Shown: positions 9,481 through 18,375 of the stretch, piece after piece
Numbering within the stretch: position 1 is the stretch's first letter
Layout: each line of letters begins with the position of its first letter
Source of the DNA: a virus
Taxonomy: Duplodnaviria > Caudoviricetes
Virus record (IMG/VR): IMGVR_UViG_3300048898_000081
Span: 1-60,666 of that record
Strand: one strand, 5' to 3'
DNA length: 60,666 bases
The notes under the pieces: model-generated
The model's input: the letters and a program-made list of their open reading frames with translations, nothing else
What the model was told of the DNA's origin: nothing
Database searches by the model: none
Program-made: the position numbers and the translations under genes

Positions 9481-10179
9481 ATGAGCATGATCCTCAAAAA
9501 AGGTGATAAAGGTGCGGACGTAAAAACGTGGCAGGCATTTTTAGTCGCCCAAGGCTATCACATTGCGGCCGACGGCGATTTCGGGCCCGCTACGGAGGCA
9601 TCGACCAAGGGGTTTCAGACCATTCACGCTCTCAGGCCCGACGGCATAGTCGGAGATAATACGATCGCCGCGGCCAAACTCGTAGGGTTCGCGGGCTTCC
9701 CCTCAACTGAAGAGCCAAATAGTGCAACGCCTACTGATTCTGATCCTCACGGACTTCTCGCCCACGTTCACCCCAAACTCGCGACGGCAGTAAAAAAAAT
9801 TGTTCAATTAGCCGCAGGTCAGAACTTCATTCTTCAGGTTACACAGGGGCTTCGAACCTATGCCGAGCAGGATGCTCTCTACAATCAAGGCCGTACTCGG
9901 AAAGGCCCCAAGGTTACTGACGCTCGAGGGGGCCAATCCTGGCACAACTTTGGCCTCGCGGTCGACATCGCATTCATCACTCACGGCGAGATCGACTGGA
10001 CAGACGCCCTTTATAGCCACATTGGAACATGGGCCGCGCAGGCAAGCATTCACTGGGCAGGGCTATGGAATCATCCAGATCTCCCGCATGTCCAATTACC
10101 AGTAGCTAAAAGTCCCGACGACAACATTCGAGCGATTTACAAGCGAGCCGGCCTTCAAGGCGTCTGGCAACTATTTTGA
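9481..10179 (+). CDS. endolysin: PG-binding domain + M15 family peptidase
   Basis: LKKGDKGADV...DGDFGPAT...DGIVG; GLRTYAEQDALYNQGRT...SWHNFGLAVDI...DLPHVQ. Confidence 0.93.
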   Translation: MSMILKKGDKGADVKTWQAFLVAQGYHIAADGDFGPATEASTKGFQTIHALRPDGIVGDNTIAAAKLVGFAGFPSTEEPNSATPTDSDPHGLLAHVHPKLATAVKKIVQLAAGQNFILQVTQGLRTYAEQDALYNQGRTRKGPKVTDARGGQSWHNFGLAVDIAFITHGEIDWTDALYSHIGTWAAQASIHWAGLWNHPDLPHVQLPVAKSPDDNIRAIYKRAGLQGVWQLF

Positions 10180-10508
10180 TCTTTGGAAATTAAGGAAATC
10201 TTTGGTCCTGACGGCATAGCAACATGCAACGAGGTCTTGCCTGATCGAGCAATCCGTCCCGGCGAAACGAAGCCGCCCATTTCGTTCGGAGCCAATTTTC
10301 CCCTAAATCAGAGATTTCCTTGGTGCTTTGAAAAACGATGCGAACTAGCCCACGAATGAGATTCACGGCATACACGCTGGTCTTTGCGGCCATTGGATTT
10401 GTCGTCTTGTTAGTTGGGACAAGAGTATTTCGAGCGATCGAGGGAGTCTTGACGGAAGGGCAGCCACACCGCCCGAGCGAGTACGAAACGAGGAGATAAA
10501 AGCCCACG

Positions 10509-10886
10509 ATGTTCTTTGAAGATCCGGTAGTAGTCAAAACGTCCATATCCGCCACGGCAGCGGCCTATAACGCCCTTGCGACCGCCATGACGTGCTTTTT
10601 AGTGATGCTTGCGACCGCCTGGCAGAGCTCGCGCACCCGACCGGATGACTTCTCATTTTTCGCATGGCTCAAAGCAAATACCAGTCGTTTTATGGTCGGG
10701 CTTGTGTTCCTGGTGCTTTTCTCGGGATTGACCTACATAGTCTCTGACGTTTCGAAGCTGCTCTTAATGCTCGGATTCAACATGGACGCCAACGTACCGG
10801 TCAGCTTCGGCCTGGCACTGGCGATCTTCTTACTCGGGTCCACAAAGAAAGACGTGCCGCCGACCGACAGCGGCCAGTCAGGCTAG
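10509..10886 (+). CDS. holin-like multi-TM protein
   Basis: About 3 hydrophobic helices; adjacent to endolysin. Confidence 0.6.
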   Translation: MFFEDPVVVKTSISATAAAYNALATAMTCFLVMLATAWQSSRTRPDDFSFFAWLKANTSRFMVGLVFLVLFSGLTYIVSDVSKLLLMLGFNMDANVPVSFGLALAIFLLGSTKKDVPPTDSGQSG

Positions 10887-10895
10887 GAGGAACTT

Positions 10896-11069
10896 ATGGA
10901 GTTATCAGCATGGTATTGGTTGTTTTTAGTGTTGTTCATCATCGGCTACGGCTACGGTAATTTGGGCGATGGGCCTAACTATCGATATGGGCGACTTGGG
11001 GGAGGGTTATTCCTTTGTATTTTGCTGGTCTTGATCGGTTTCAAGATGGCAGGAAGCCCGATCAAATAG
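10896..11069 (+). CDS. 57-aa two-TM membrane protein
   Basis: Read manually: AGGAGG RBS, MELSAWYWLFLVLFIIG...LFLCILLVLIGFK. Confidence 0.65.
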   Translation: MELSAWYWLFLVLFIIGYGYGNLGDGPNYRYGRLGGGLFLCILLVLIGFKMAGSPIK

Positions 11070-11076
11070 GAGATCT

Positions 11077-11583
11077 ATGAAATTTCTAACCAGTGTTTTA
11101 TTGACGTTCGCCATTGTGTTCGGCTCGTTATCGTTTAGCTGCACGTCGGACAAGGCCTTGAAGACCATCCGCGAGGCTGATAATAAGCTCGCACAGCTTT
11201 TGATCTACGTTCGGAACATCGCTAAGGCGAATAACGACGCATTTGCAAAGGGCGATATCCCTTCTGCGGTTCACAAACCACTCAACGATGGTGCTGCTGC
11301 GGCTCTCAAGGGACTTCAGGCCGTTGCGAAGGCCATCGCAGACGCCAAGGCAGCGGTAAAGGGCGGAGCGTCCGCGAGCGGACAGCTAGATATCATTAAA
11401 ACGATATTCTCGACGTCCGCGGAGAAGGCAGTCCTCGACCTCATCGCCTTGGCTACCGCCGTTCCCGCCGGCCTCGCATCCCAGATAACCGGCTACACAT
11501 CGCTTTTACAGACCGGGATTGCCGTCTTCAAGGCGTTCTTTGCCGAATTTGAACAGGAGGTAAATAACAATGCCACTGCCTAA
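11077..11583 (+). CDS. helical lipoprotein (spanin-like candidate)
   Basis: Signal peptide ending LSFSC; lysis-cassette context. Confidence 0.65.
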   Translation: MKFLTSVLLTFAIVFGSLSFSCTSDKALKTIREADNKLAQLLIYVRNIAKANNDAFAKGDIPSAVHKPLNDGAAAALKGLQAVAKAIADAKAAVKGGASASGQLDIIKTIFSTSAEKAVLDLIALATAVPAGLASQITGYTSLLQTGIAVFKAFFAEFEQEVNNNATA

Positions 11584-11764
11584 TGTGCTTGGATACGTCG
11601 ATTTTGTTCGTCTGATCGCTCAGGCCATCGCGGACGGCCGCACTGAGGCTAAAACCGTGGCCGAGATGACGGACGACCAGGTTGAGGCCTTTATCCAGAA
11701 ATTGCTTGACGAAACACAAGCTGAAGTTGATCGCGGCAATCAACTTGAGAAAGGCCACGAGTAA
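11570..11764 (+). CDS. small helical protein
   Basis: AGGAGG RBS. Confidence 0.6.
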   Translation: MPLPNVLGYVDFVRLIAQAIADGRTEAKTVAEMTDDQVEAFIQKLLDETQAEVDRGNQLEKGHE

Positions 11765-11777
11765 GGAGGGTTTAGCA

Positions 11778-12320
11778 ATGGGCTATACCGCTGAACAACT
11801 ATTTTTTCAATGGCTTTTGAGGATCTACGTTTGGCTACTTTGCAAAGCGTATGGATTGGACAGATTAAAAACAGGAGAAATTAAAATGAATTACATCGTA
11901 AAAGACGATAACCCGGATGTTTTACTGACCGTCGAACTTGGGGATGTTCTCGACGGCGAGGGCAAGGTCATTCCAAATGCTGCCATCAACGTCGAGGCAG
12001 GTTCGACAGATGAAAATGTCGTATCTGCGACCCCCATCACGGATGACGCGACCAAGCGTTCCTGGAATATTCACTTTGGAGCGCCCGGACAAGCCAGCGT
12101 CAACGTTCAGGCGTCATCAGTAGCCGATGGATTGCTTTTATCGACGGGCAGCGACGGCTTTACGGTCACAACCGGCGATCCTAAATCAATCTCAAGCATC
12201 AAGACGACCTTCGCAGGTCTTACGCCTGTGGACGAGACGCCGGCGCCAGTCGAAGAACCGCCCGTTGAGACACCTCCGATCGAGACCGTGACGACACCGG
12301 CCGACGAGCCTGTCGTTTAA
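11778..12320 (+). CDS. Ig-like beta protein (second in-frame start at 11886)
   Basis: RBS before both ATGs; beta-rich body and Pro/Glu tail. Confidence 0.6.
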   Translation: MGYTAEQLFFQWLLRIYVWLLCKAYGLDRLKTGEIKMNYIVKDDNPDVLLTVELGDVLDGEGKVIPNAAINVEAGSTDENVVSATPITDDATKRSWNIHFGAPGQASVNVQASSVADGLLLSTGSDGFTVTTGDPKSISSIKTTFAGLTPVDETPAPVEEPPVETPPIETVTTPADEPVV

Positions 12321-12559
12321 CAAGTTTCGGCGAACCGACTTGGACTTTTACGGGTTGAATTTACACGCGTGAAGAACCGAGCAAAGAGTTCCTTCAAATG
12401 AGTTGGTTCGCCGGATTAGTTTGACGGCTGGAAAGGAAAATAAACGTTTAACCGCCTTATTTCCTGCTTGCAGCCCCAGCCGTCAATTTCCCCTATCTTT
12501 TTCTGGAATGAGACTTGCCCACCCGATGCGTAGCGGATCGACGCAGGAGGTGAACCGAA

Positions 12560-12967
12560 GTGAGAAACATGAATGCTATTGCAGCTCAGGCAAAAGAAGC
12601 CCGGATACTTCTCGAGCATCCGAAAAAACCACCAACCGCCACCATCGATTACGGGGAAATCAAATGGTACAAGCGGTTTCTTTACGATTTGGGGGTTCTA
12701 GTAATGGCTGATTCCAAACCCGCTCCACCGGAATTTCGAGTCACATACGCAACAGTGTCGGTTATTTTAGCTATCGTGACCTCAATGGCCGCCCTCTGGT
12801 GGTTTACCGCCCAGGCTTATGACAAGGCCGGCTTTGAACGCGGCCGCAACGAAGCGATACAGGAACAGTCCAAGGCCGAACGCGAACGCCTTCAAAAACA
12901 GATCGATGATATGAAAGGCGAACTGCAGAAAAAGAAAGAACTTGAGCTATTGAATTCCCAGAAGTAA
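12560..12967 (+). CDS. single-TM + coiled-coil protein (i-spanin/holin-like)
   Basis: GGAGG RBS; TM VSVILAIVTSMAALWWF then coiled coil. Confidence 0.6.
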   Translation: MRNMNAIAAQAKEARILLEHPKKPPTATIDYGEIKWYKRFLYDLGVLVMADSKPAPPEFRVTYATVSVILAIVTSMAALWWFTAQAYDKAGFERGRNEAIQEQSKAERERLQKQIDDMKGELQKKKELELLNSQK

Positions 12968-12980
12968 AAGGAGCTAAACC

Positions 12981-13259
12981 ATGAGTGGTCCAGGAAGACG
13001 TAAAAAAGTCATTATCATTGTCATTATTCTCGGCCGTCTGGCTCTGAATAACGATTCGTATAGCTCATCTCTCAATTTGAGTGCGACCCTGTTGCCGACC
13101 GTGGATGATCTCGAAGGCCAGAGCTATGCCGCGGACATCGGGAACGCGATCGATACATTCGCCGCTATCGTCGGCGATGATCCGGACAATCCCGATTCAT
13201 TCACGCAGACCGAGCTTGAAGCGTATTTATCGGGCATTTCATTGTACGTAAGTATTTAG
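12981..13259 (+). CDS. small membrane-anchored protein
   Basis: AAGGAG RBS; RRKK followed by VIIIVIIL. Confidence 0.6.
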   Translation: MSGPGRRKKVIIIVIILGRLALNNDSYSSSLNLSATLLPTVDDLEGQSYAADIGNAIDTFAAIVGDDPDNPDSFTQTELEAYLSGISLYVSI

Positions 13260-13267
13260 GAGACAAG

Positions 13268-13642
13268 ATCACCGACGCCGTTCAAATAGCGTTAATCGTA
13301 GCGATCGGTCCCACGATCTTAGGGGCCGGCTCTCTTATTCGCGGGTTCATGGCTGACAGGCGGCGTAGTAAGGCCGAAGCGGCGGCGGCTCTCAAGGTCG
13401 ACGAAGTGAAAACGGCTCTCGAACACTCAGAGACGAAGACGGATGCGACGCTCGGTAAAATTCACACTCTCGTCAATCATGATCGGGGCGTCACATTGAA
13501 AGCACTGGCGGCGGCGTTACGCATTATCGCGACTGACCGGCCGACCAGGAAGAACAAGATAGCCGCAGCGGCGGCAGAGGCCGCAAGCCGAGAACACGAA
13601 GGGCAACAAGCGGTCGTGGACGAAGCGAATGGAAAGGCATGA
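13268..13642 (+). CDS. holin-like TM + coiled-coil protein, probable ATC start
   Basis: AGGAG-6nt-ATC in frame with the 13349 ORF, adding TDAVQIALIVAIGPTILGAGSLI; IHTLVN motif. Confidence 0.6.
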   Translation: MTDAVQIALIVAIGPTILGAGSLIRGFMADRRRSKAEAAAALKVDEVKTALEHSETKTDATLGKIHTLVNHDRGVTLKALAAALRIIATDRPTRKNKIAAAAAEAASREHEGQQAVVDEANGKA

Positions 13643-14343
13643 AAGAAGAAGGGAAAAAGACCGGTCGTAAATGTTCCGTGTGTTCTCACGAAGAAGTGAT
13701 TCAAATTGACACAGAGATCAATAAAGGTGTGTCGTTTCGTGGACTTTCGTTGAAATACGGAATGAGCGACATGTCTGTTGCCCGCCACGCCCAAAACTGT
13801 CTCGCTTTAGAAATCAGCACCTTGATCAAAGAAAAGAAGGTTGGCCGGGCTATCAACGTCTATGACGAGTTCTGCGAACAATTAGCATTCGCCAAAAAGC
13901 TTCGAATTGCAGCGGAGGACTATTTAGCTAACGGTGAAGACCCCGGCAAGATCGACCTCATTCCCCGGGCCCACGAGATCGAGGTCACATATTACGACAA
14001 CACCGAATTGAACGAGTTCGGAAAGCCCCGCAAGAAAACCAACACCCTCGCATTTCTACTCGATGAAGTGGAATCCCAAAGCGACATGGAATCCACGCGC
14101 GTCACGGTCAAGCACATCGATATTCGTAAATTTGCCCTTGATGCGATCAGCGTTGCAGACCTTTGTATCGATCGCTTTGCCAAACTCGGCGGTGACTACA
14201 CGAAAGAAAAACAGAATGCCTCTGATATCGCAGACATTGCCGAGGAGATCGTTAATCGCCTGACCGCTACCGGCTGGACCGAAGACGAAGCCCGCACAAT
14301 GGTCACGCAGAAATATCCCGACATTTCGAATGCTGTCAATTAG
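13639..14343 (+). CDS. terS: terminase small subunit
   Basis: CSVCSH + HTH (SFRGLSLKYGMSDMSVARH); directly upstream of terL. Confidence 0.75.
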   Translation: MKEEGKKTGRKCSVCSHEEVIQIDTEINKGVSFRGLSLKYGMSDMSVARHAQNCLALEISTLIKEKKVGRAINVYDEFCEQLAFAKKLRIAAEDYLANGEDPGKIDLIPRAHEIEVTYYDNTELNEFGKPRKKTNTLAFLLDEVESQSDMESTRVTVKHIDIRKFALDAISVADLCIDRFAKLGGDYTKEKQNASDIADIAEEIVNRLTATGWTEDEARTMVTQKYPDISNAVN

Positions 14344-16435
14344 CCCTGAGAAAGAGGTCGAATTTCATGCGGTTGCCGTGGAAGTCGAACGGCAGCGAGG
14401 TTATATTCGCCGTACCTCTCATTGGCTTGACCAGGAACCGAACAGAAAGCTTCGGGACGCCCTCATATTCGCCAGTAAATGCGAGCAATACATCGAGCCT
14501 GAGAAAGCACGGATCCAGGCTCTCCTTGATGACGCCAAGACCGCGGAGGAAATAGAGGCCCGGGAATTCCAGCTTTGGTATCTCGAAAACTACCTCACGC
14601 GTGCAGCCAGGATTGCTCAGGAGCGTCTTGACCACTTCCGGGCGATACGTACAGCCAAGGACATCGCGAAAGAGCAGGAGCGGTGTGCTAACGACAAGCC
14701 ACACTGGTTCAAATACTACGCATGGGGCTATGATCCGCGTGCGAGAACGCCTTTAGCGATAGTTCCCTTTGAGCTTTACCCGCGGCAAGAGGCCTTGGTT
14801 GCCGAGCTCGAGGACGTTGTATTCAATCGGAAGACGTCGCTGACCATCGAGAAAGCCCGAGACGAGGGAGCGACTGAGCTTATCGTCCGTTGGGGCGTGC
14901 ATTGCTGGATATATAAAGCCGGATTCTCAATGTTACTTTCCTCGCGTACCGAGGATGAGGTCGACACCAAAAAGAAACAAGGCACATTGTTCGAACGTGC
15001 TCGCTTTCAGCTTCGCCTCTTGCCCGACTGGATGCGGCCGGAACGATTTGATATCGACAAAGACCTGTTGCCTGACAAGCTCATTGCGAGTCCGAATGGA
15101 AACGCCTTGGTAGGCCAAGCCCCGACCGAGAACATGGGTCGCGGCGATCGCGTGACCTGTGCGGTATTTGACGAGTTCGCCTTTTGGCGATTCGCCGGCT
15201 ATCCGCAATTCAGGTCGATGTCGCAAACAACTGATTCGATCATCATGCCATCATCGGTCGCGGGTAAATACAATCAATTCGCTGACCTCACGCATGACCA
15301 TATAACACCGAAGTTCGAAATGGACTGGCGGGACAATCCGTTCAAGGATGAGCGTTGGTATAGATCACTGCCCTTTGGTTTCATCGGGCCAAAGATGTCG
15401 CGAACGACGGTGGCTCAGGAAGTTGACCGAAATTACACGGCCGCCCAGCCTGGCAAGGTCTGGACTTACGACGAAGCCCTGACGTTCATTACGTGGTCCG
15501 AGTTCATGCGTCCATTCAAAGGCACGCGGTTCGAGGAGAATTTCTACGATAAGGACGGAAAGCCGATCATCCCGCACGATTGGAGATTCACCCGGACGCA
15601 CGACTACGGCCAAAGCGACGGCCATGAATGGGGATATTTGTTGGGAGCCCAACCCCGCGAGGCATATCCGCTAAACGACACGCATTTTATCTTCATCGCC
15701 CGATATCTCGAGCCTTTGGGATTGACGACTGAGCAGGCAGTAAGGCTCTGGCGCCAATGGGAAACAGGTTTGGGCCTGCGCGACGTGAAAACCGGCGAAT
15801 GGCTTGCCAATCAGTCAACGAACTGGCACTCACACGAACAACTGGATCTCCGAAAGGTTTTGCTGGTTCAATACGGTGAATCCTGGCATCCGTGGGATAC
15901 CGATTACCAGACCGGTATTGCCACGATCGAGGATTGGTGGACGCCTGTTGATGTCGAGGAGGAGAACCCATTCAGACCGCAGCTAAAAGGCCGGAATCGA
16001 TTGGTGTTCGTCGCTCCGGACGGTGAATACTCCCTCGCCTATAACGAACGCCTGAAACAGCATTTCGTGACGGTCAGCCAGACCGAAGCGGGCTTTAATA
16101 TGGGCCGCAAAGAGATCGATGCCTACCACTACCCGATGCAGGAATTGGGTAAATCGGTCCAAGCGATGCGGCCGAAGAAAGAGTTTGACAATATTGTCGA
16201 TCCGATCAGGGGCTACGCCGTTAATTGGAACCGAAACCCGTTGCCCTTGAATCGTGACGAGAAGATCGAGTACGCGATGCCGCCGGGACTTAAGTTGGAG
16301 GCCATTCTGAGCATTCAGCATCAGGACACGAGGGACGCCGCCTATGCGAAGCGGCTAATGGAAAGAACCAAGATCGAGCGGCAATTAGACACGCCGGTAC
16401 GCCACTCGGTGCCGGGAATCATGAGGAGAAGATGA
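14330..16435 (+). CDS. terL: terminase large subunit
   Basis: PFELYPRQ, IEKARDEGAT (Walker A), VFDEFAF (Walker B), HDYG nuclease motif, DNIVD. Confidence 0.92.
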   Translation: MLSISPEKEVEFHAVAVEVERQRGYIRRTSHWLDQEPNRKLRDALIFASKCEQYIEPEKARIQALLDDAKTAEEIEAREFQLWYLENYLTRAARIAQERLDHFRAIRTAKDIAKEQERCANDKPHWFKYYAWGYDPRARTPLAIVPFELYPRQEALVAELEDVVFNRKTSLTIEKARDEGATELIVRWGVHCWIYKAGFSMLLSSRTEDEVDTKKKQGTLFERARFQLRLLPDWMRPERFDIDKDLLPDKLIASPNGNALVGQAPTENMGRGDRVTCAVFDEFAFWRFAGYPQFRSMSQTTDSIIMPSSVAGKYNQFADLTHDHITPKFEMDWRDNPFKDERWYRSLPFGFIGPKMSRTTVAQEVDRNYTAAQPGKVWTYDEALTFITWSEFMRPFKGTRFEENFYDKDGKPIIPHDWRFTRTHDYGQSDGHEWGYLLGAQPREAYPLNDTHFIFIARYLEPLGLTTEQAVRLWRQWETGLGLRDVKTGEWLANQSTNWHSHEQLDLRKVLLVQYGESWHPWDTDYQTGIATIEDWWTPVDVEEENPFRPQLKGRNRLVFVAPDGEYSLAYNERLKQHFVTVSQTEAGFNMGRKEIDAYHYPMQELGKSVQAMRPKKEFDNIVDPIRGYAVNWNRNPLPLNRDEKIEYAMPPGLKLEAILSIQHQDTRDAAYAKRLMERTKIERQLDTPVRHSVPGIMRRR

Positions 16436-16965
16436 GCAAATTTGTTATTCAGAAAAAGACACTGCATGAAGCCTGTAAGGGTCTTGGTTACGTGGAGTTT
16501 TATCCAGAAGATGACCCAGAGGCGAAGGTGAAGATCGACTGCGGATGCAACAACGGGTATTTGTACGAGGAAGTTGATCTATCTGAGGCTTTGAAGGAGA
16601 TTGATACACCTAATCTCAAGCCAAACTTTAACCCTCTATCCCACACCGACGAGACATTCGAAAGCCAACTCGAGCGAAACTTGCGCGACATAAAAGACAA
16701 CTATGACGGCGACTTTCAGGCGTGGGCGCAGAATGCCGAAAAGAGCATCGACAATTCCAAAATCGAAATAGCCAGATGCGAGCGGTCAACGTTGTTTCTC
16801 AAACTCCGCGCCGAAGCCGAAGGCCTCCATCTCATTTCACCCAAAGCCACGGATCACGATGCCTATATCTTCCTCCGCGATATTCTCAACGCTCACGCTC
16901 AGGATAAGAGCTTTGAGAATCGGTATCAGCACACGCCCTACGAGGAGCCGAGTAACCAAGTATGA
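16432..16965 (+). CDS. hypothetical protein
   Basis: ATGA overlaps at both ends; AGGAG RBS. Confidence 0.65.
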   Translation: MSKFVIQKKTLHEACKGLGYVEFYPEDDPEAKVKIDCGCNNGYLYEEVDLSEALKEIDTPNLKPNFNPLSHTDETFESQLERNLRDIKDNYDGDFQAWAQNAEKSIDNSKIEIARCERSTLFLKLRAEAEGLHLISPKATDHDAYIFLRDILNAHAQDKSFENRYQHTPYEEPSNQV

Positions 16966-17597
16966 CGGAATTGATCCGAATTACAGATGATGACGAGCCG
17001 ACGTCGTTGCCGCCTTTAACGCCGGAAACGGCTCTGGCTTGGCGAATTACGCTCCACACTCGTCTCAACCGCCTTTACTACAAAACGCCTACGATCCTTG
17101 CTGATACCGCAAAGGTGCAAACGGAGATCGGGAATATCAAGGCTCAATTGTCATCCCCACCGCAGCGAGAACAGCCGTGCATCAACGTCATGCAGCCGCC
17201 AAAGATGCCGGAGGTTCCGTGCATGATGCCCGCTGAGAATAAGCTGGCGGTCGCATCGAGACTGAAGAACTGCGGTAAGCCTGCAAGCGTCCCGGCTATC
17301 GTTCCCACGGTCGATCACATGCAGAGGTCGGCAGTCGATGCTCTTGTTTGTCCGGAGTGTTTTGGGCGGCTCGCAATCGGCAAACAATGTCTCAGTTTCA
17401 TGCAGAATCCGAAGCCCATGAGTTCGCTCGAAATAAAACAGTTGTTAGATGCGGGCGGCTTTGACACAACGGAAAAGGATTTCATGTCGAAGCATGAAGG
17501 CGAAGAGTTTTACTTTATCGGTGGGCGGTTGAGTTGCAAAAAGGCTGAAGAGGGACCAGCGGTCGTGGTAGAATCCCAATCCGGAGGAATACCCTAA
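16962..17597 (+). CDS. hypothetical protein
   Basis: Coupled ORF; CPEC motif. Confidence 0.6.
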   Translation: MTELIRITDDDEPTSLPPLTPETALAWRITLHTRLNRLYYKTPTILADTAKVQTEIGNIKAQLSSPPQREQPCINVMQPPKMPEVPCMMPAENKLAVASRLKNCGKPASVPAIVPTVDHMQRSAVDALVCPECFGRLAIGKQCLSFMQNPKPMSSLEIKQLLDAGGFDTTEKDFMSKHEGEEFYFIGGRLSCKKAEEGPAVVVESQSGGIP

Positions 17598-17821
17598 TGA
17601 AAACCCTAATCTCTTTGCTCTTAACACTCACATTTGCTGCACACCTGACCGCTAATCGTCCGATCATGGCGAATTGGACCGGGAAGCAGAAACAGGTGCA
17701 GACCGTTTCAGGAAAATACGCCTGGAATTGCGAATACAGATTCGTCGACTTCCAAGGCAAGACTCAATACTTTTGGAAGATATTCGAGGGGTCGTGTAAA
17801 TCGACCGTCGATGTCCAGTGA
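17597..17821 (+). CDS. small secreted protein
   Basis: Sec signal peptide; two Cys; GGAGG RBS. Confidence 0.7.
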   Translation: MKTLISLLLTLTFAAHLTANRPIMANWTGKQKQVQTVSGKYAWNCEYRFVDFQGKTQYFWKIFEGSCKSTVDVQ

Positions 17822-17826
17822 TTTAG

Positions 17827-18168
17827 ATGGAAACATTCGCCTTTGTGGCACTTAGCTTTGTCCTGTTTGCCGCCCTTGGCGTGGGCGGCTATTTCTATGC
17901 CCGAAAAGAGCTTCAACAGACCTTAAAAACCCATCTTAAAAAGGTTTCAACGCGGGAGAATCGCCGCCGGGAAGAGGCTAAACAGCTTCGGGCTGATTTC
18001 GGCGTGCTCGCGGAGAATCTGAAGCGGATCGCGACCGACAAGAAGGTCGATAATCTCATGACTCCGTTCGGCGAGGCTCCGTGGAAAAGGTCGATGGAAG
18101 AGAGAGCGGCCAAAGAGGCGAAGGAAGTCGTGGCCGTTGATAACAAATTAGTGGAGGTGCGTAAATAA
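17827..18168 (+). CDS. N-terminal TM + coiled-coil protein
   Basis: Hydrophobic N-terminal helix. Confidence 0.65.
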   Translation: METFAFVALSFVLFAALGVGGYFYARKELQQTLKTHLKKVSTRENRRREEAKQLRADFGVLAENLKRIATDKKVDNLMTPFGEAPWKRSMEERAAKEAKEVVAVDNKLVEVRK

Positions 18169-18371
18169 TGGCCACAAATAAAACATATCGTGGAATGAGT
18201 TTTTGCAAGATACCAAAGTGGTTTCGTCGAAAGTTAAACCGAGGAGTAAAGCGTGCCAGATATACCGGAGGCTCGGCCACGAAGGCCATGAGAGCATATG
18301 GGACGGCAGTCAAATCTCCGCACGGGAGCGGCAAACGACACATCTTTCTAGCAACATTACGGAGAGCATAA
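18168..18371 (+). CDS. small very basic protein
   Basis: GGAGG RBS; R/K-rich. Confidence 0.5.
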   Translation: MATNKTYRGMSFCKIPKWFRRKLNRGVKRARYTGGSATKAMRAYGTAVKSPHGSGKRHIFLATLRRA

Positions 18372-18375
18372 ATCC

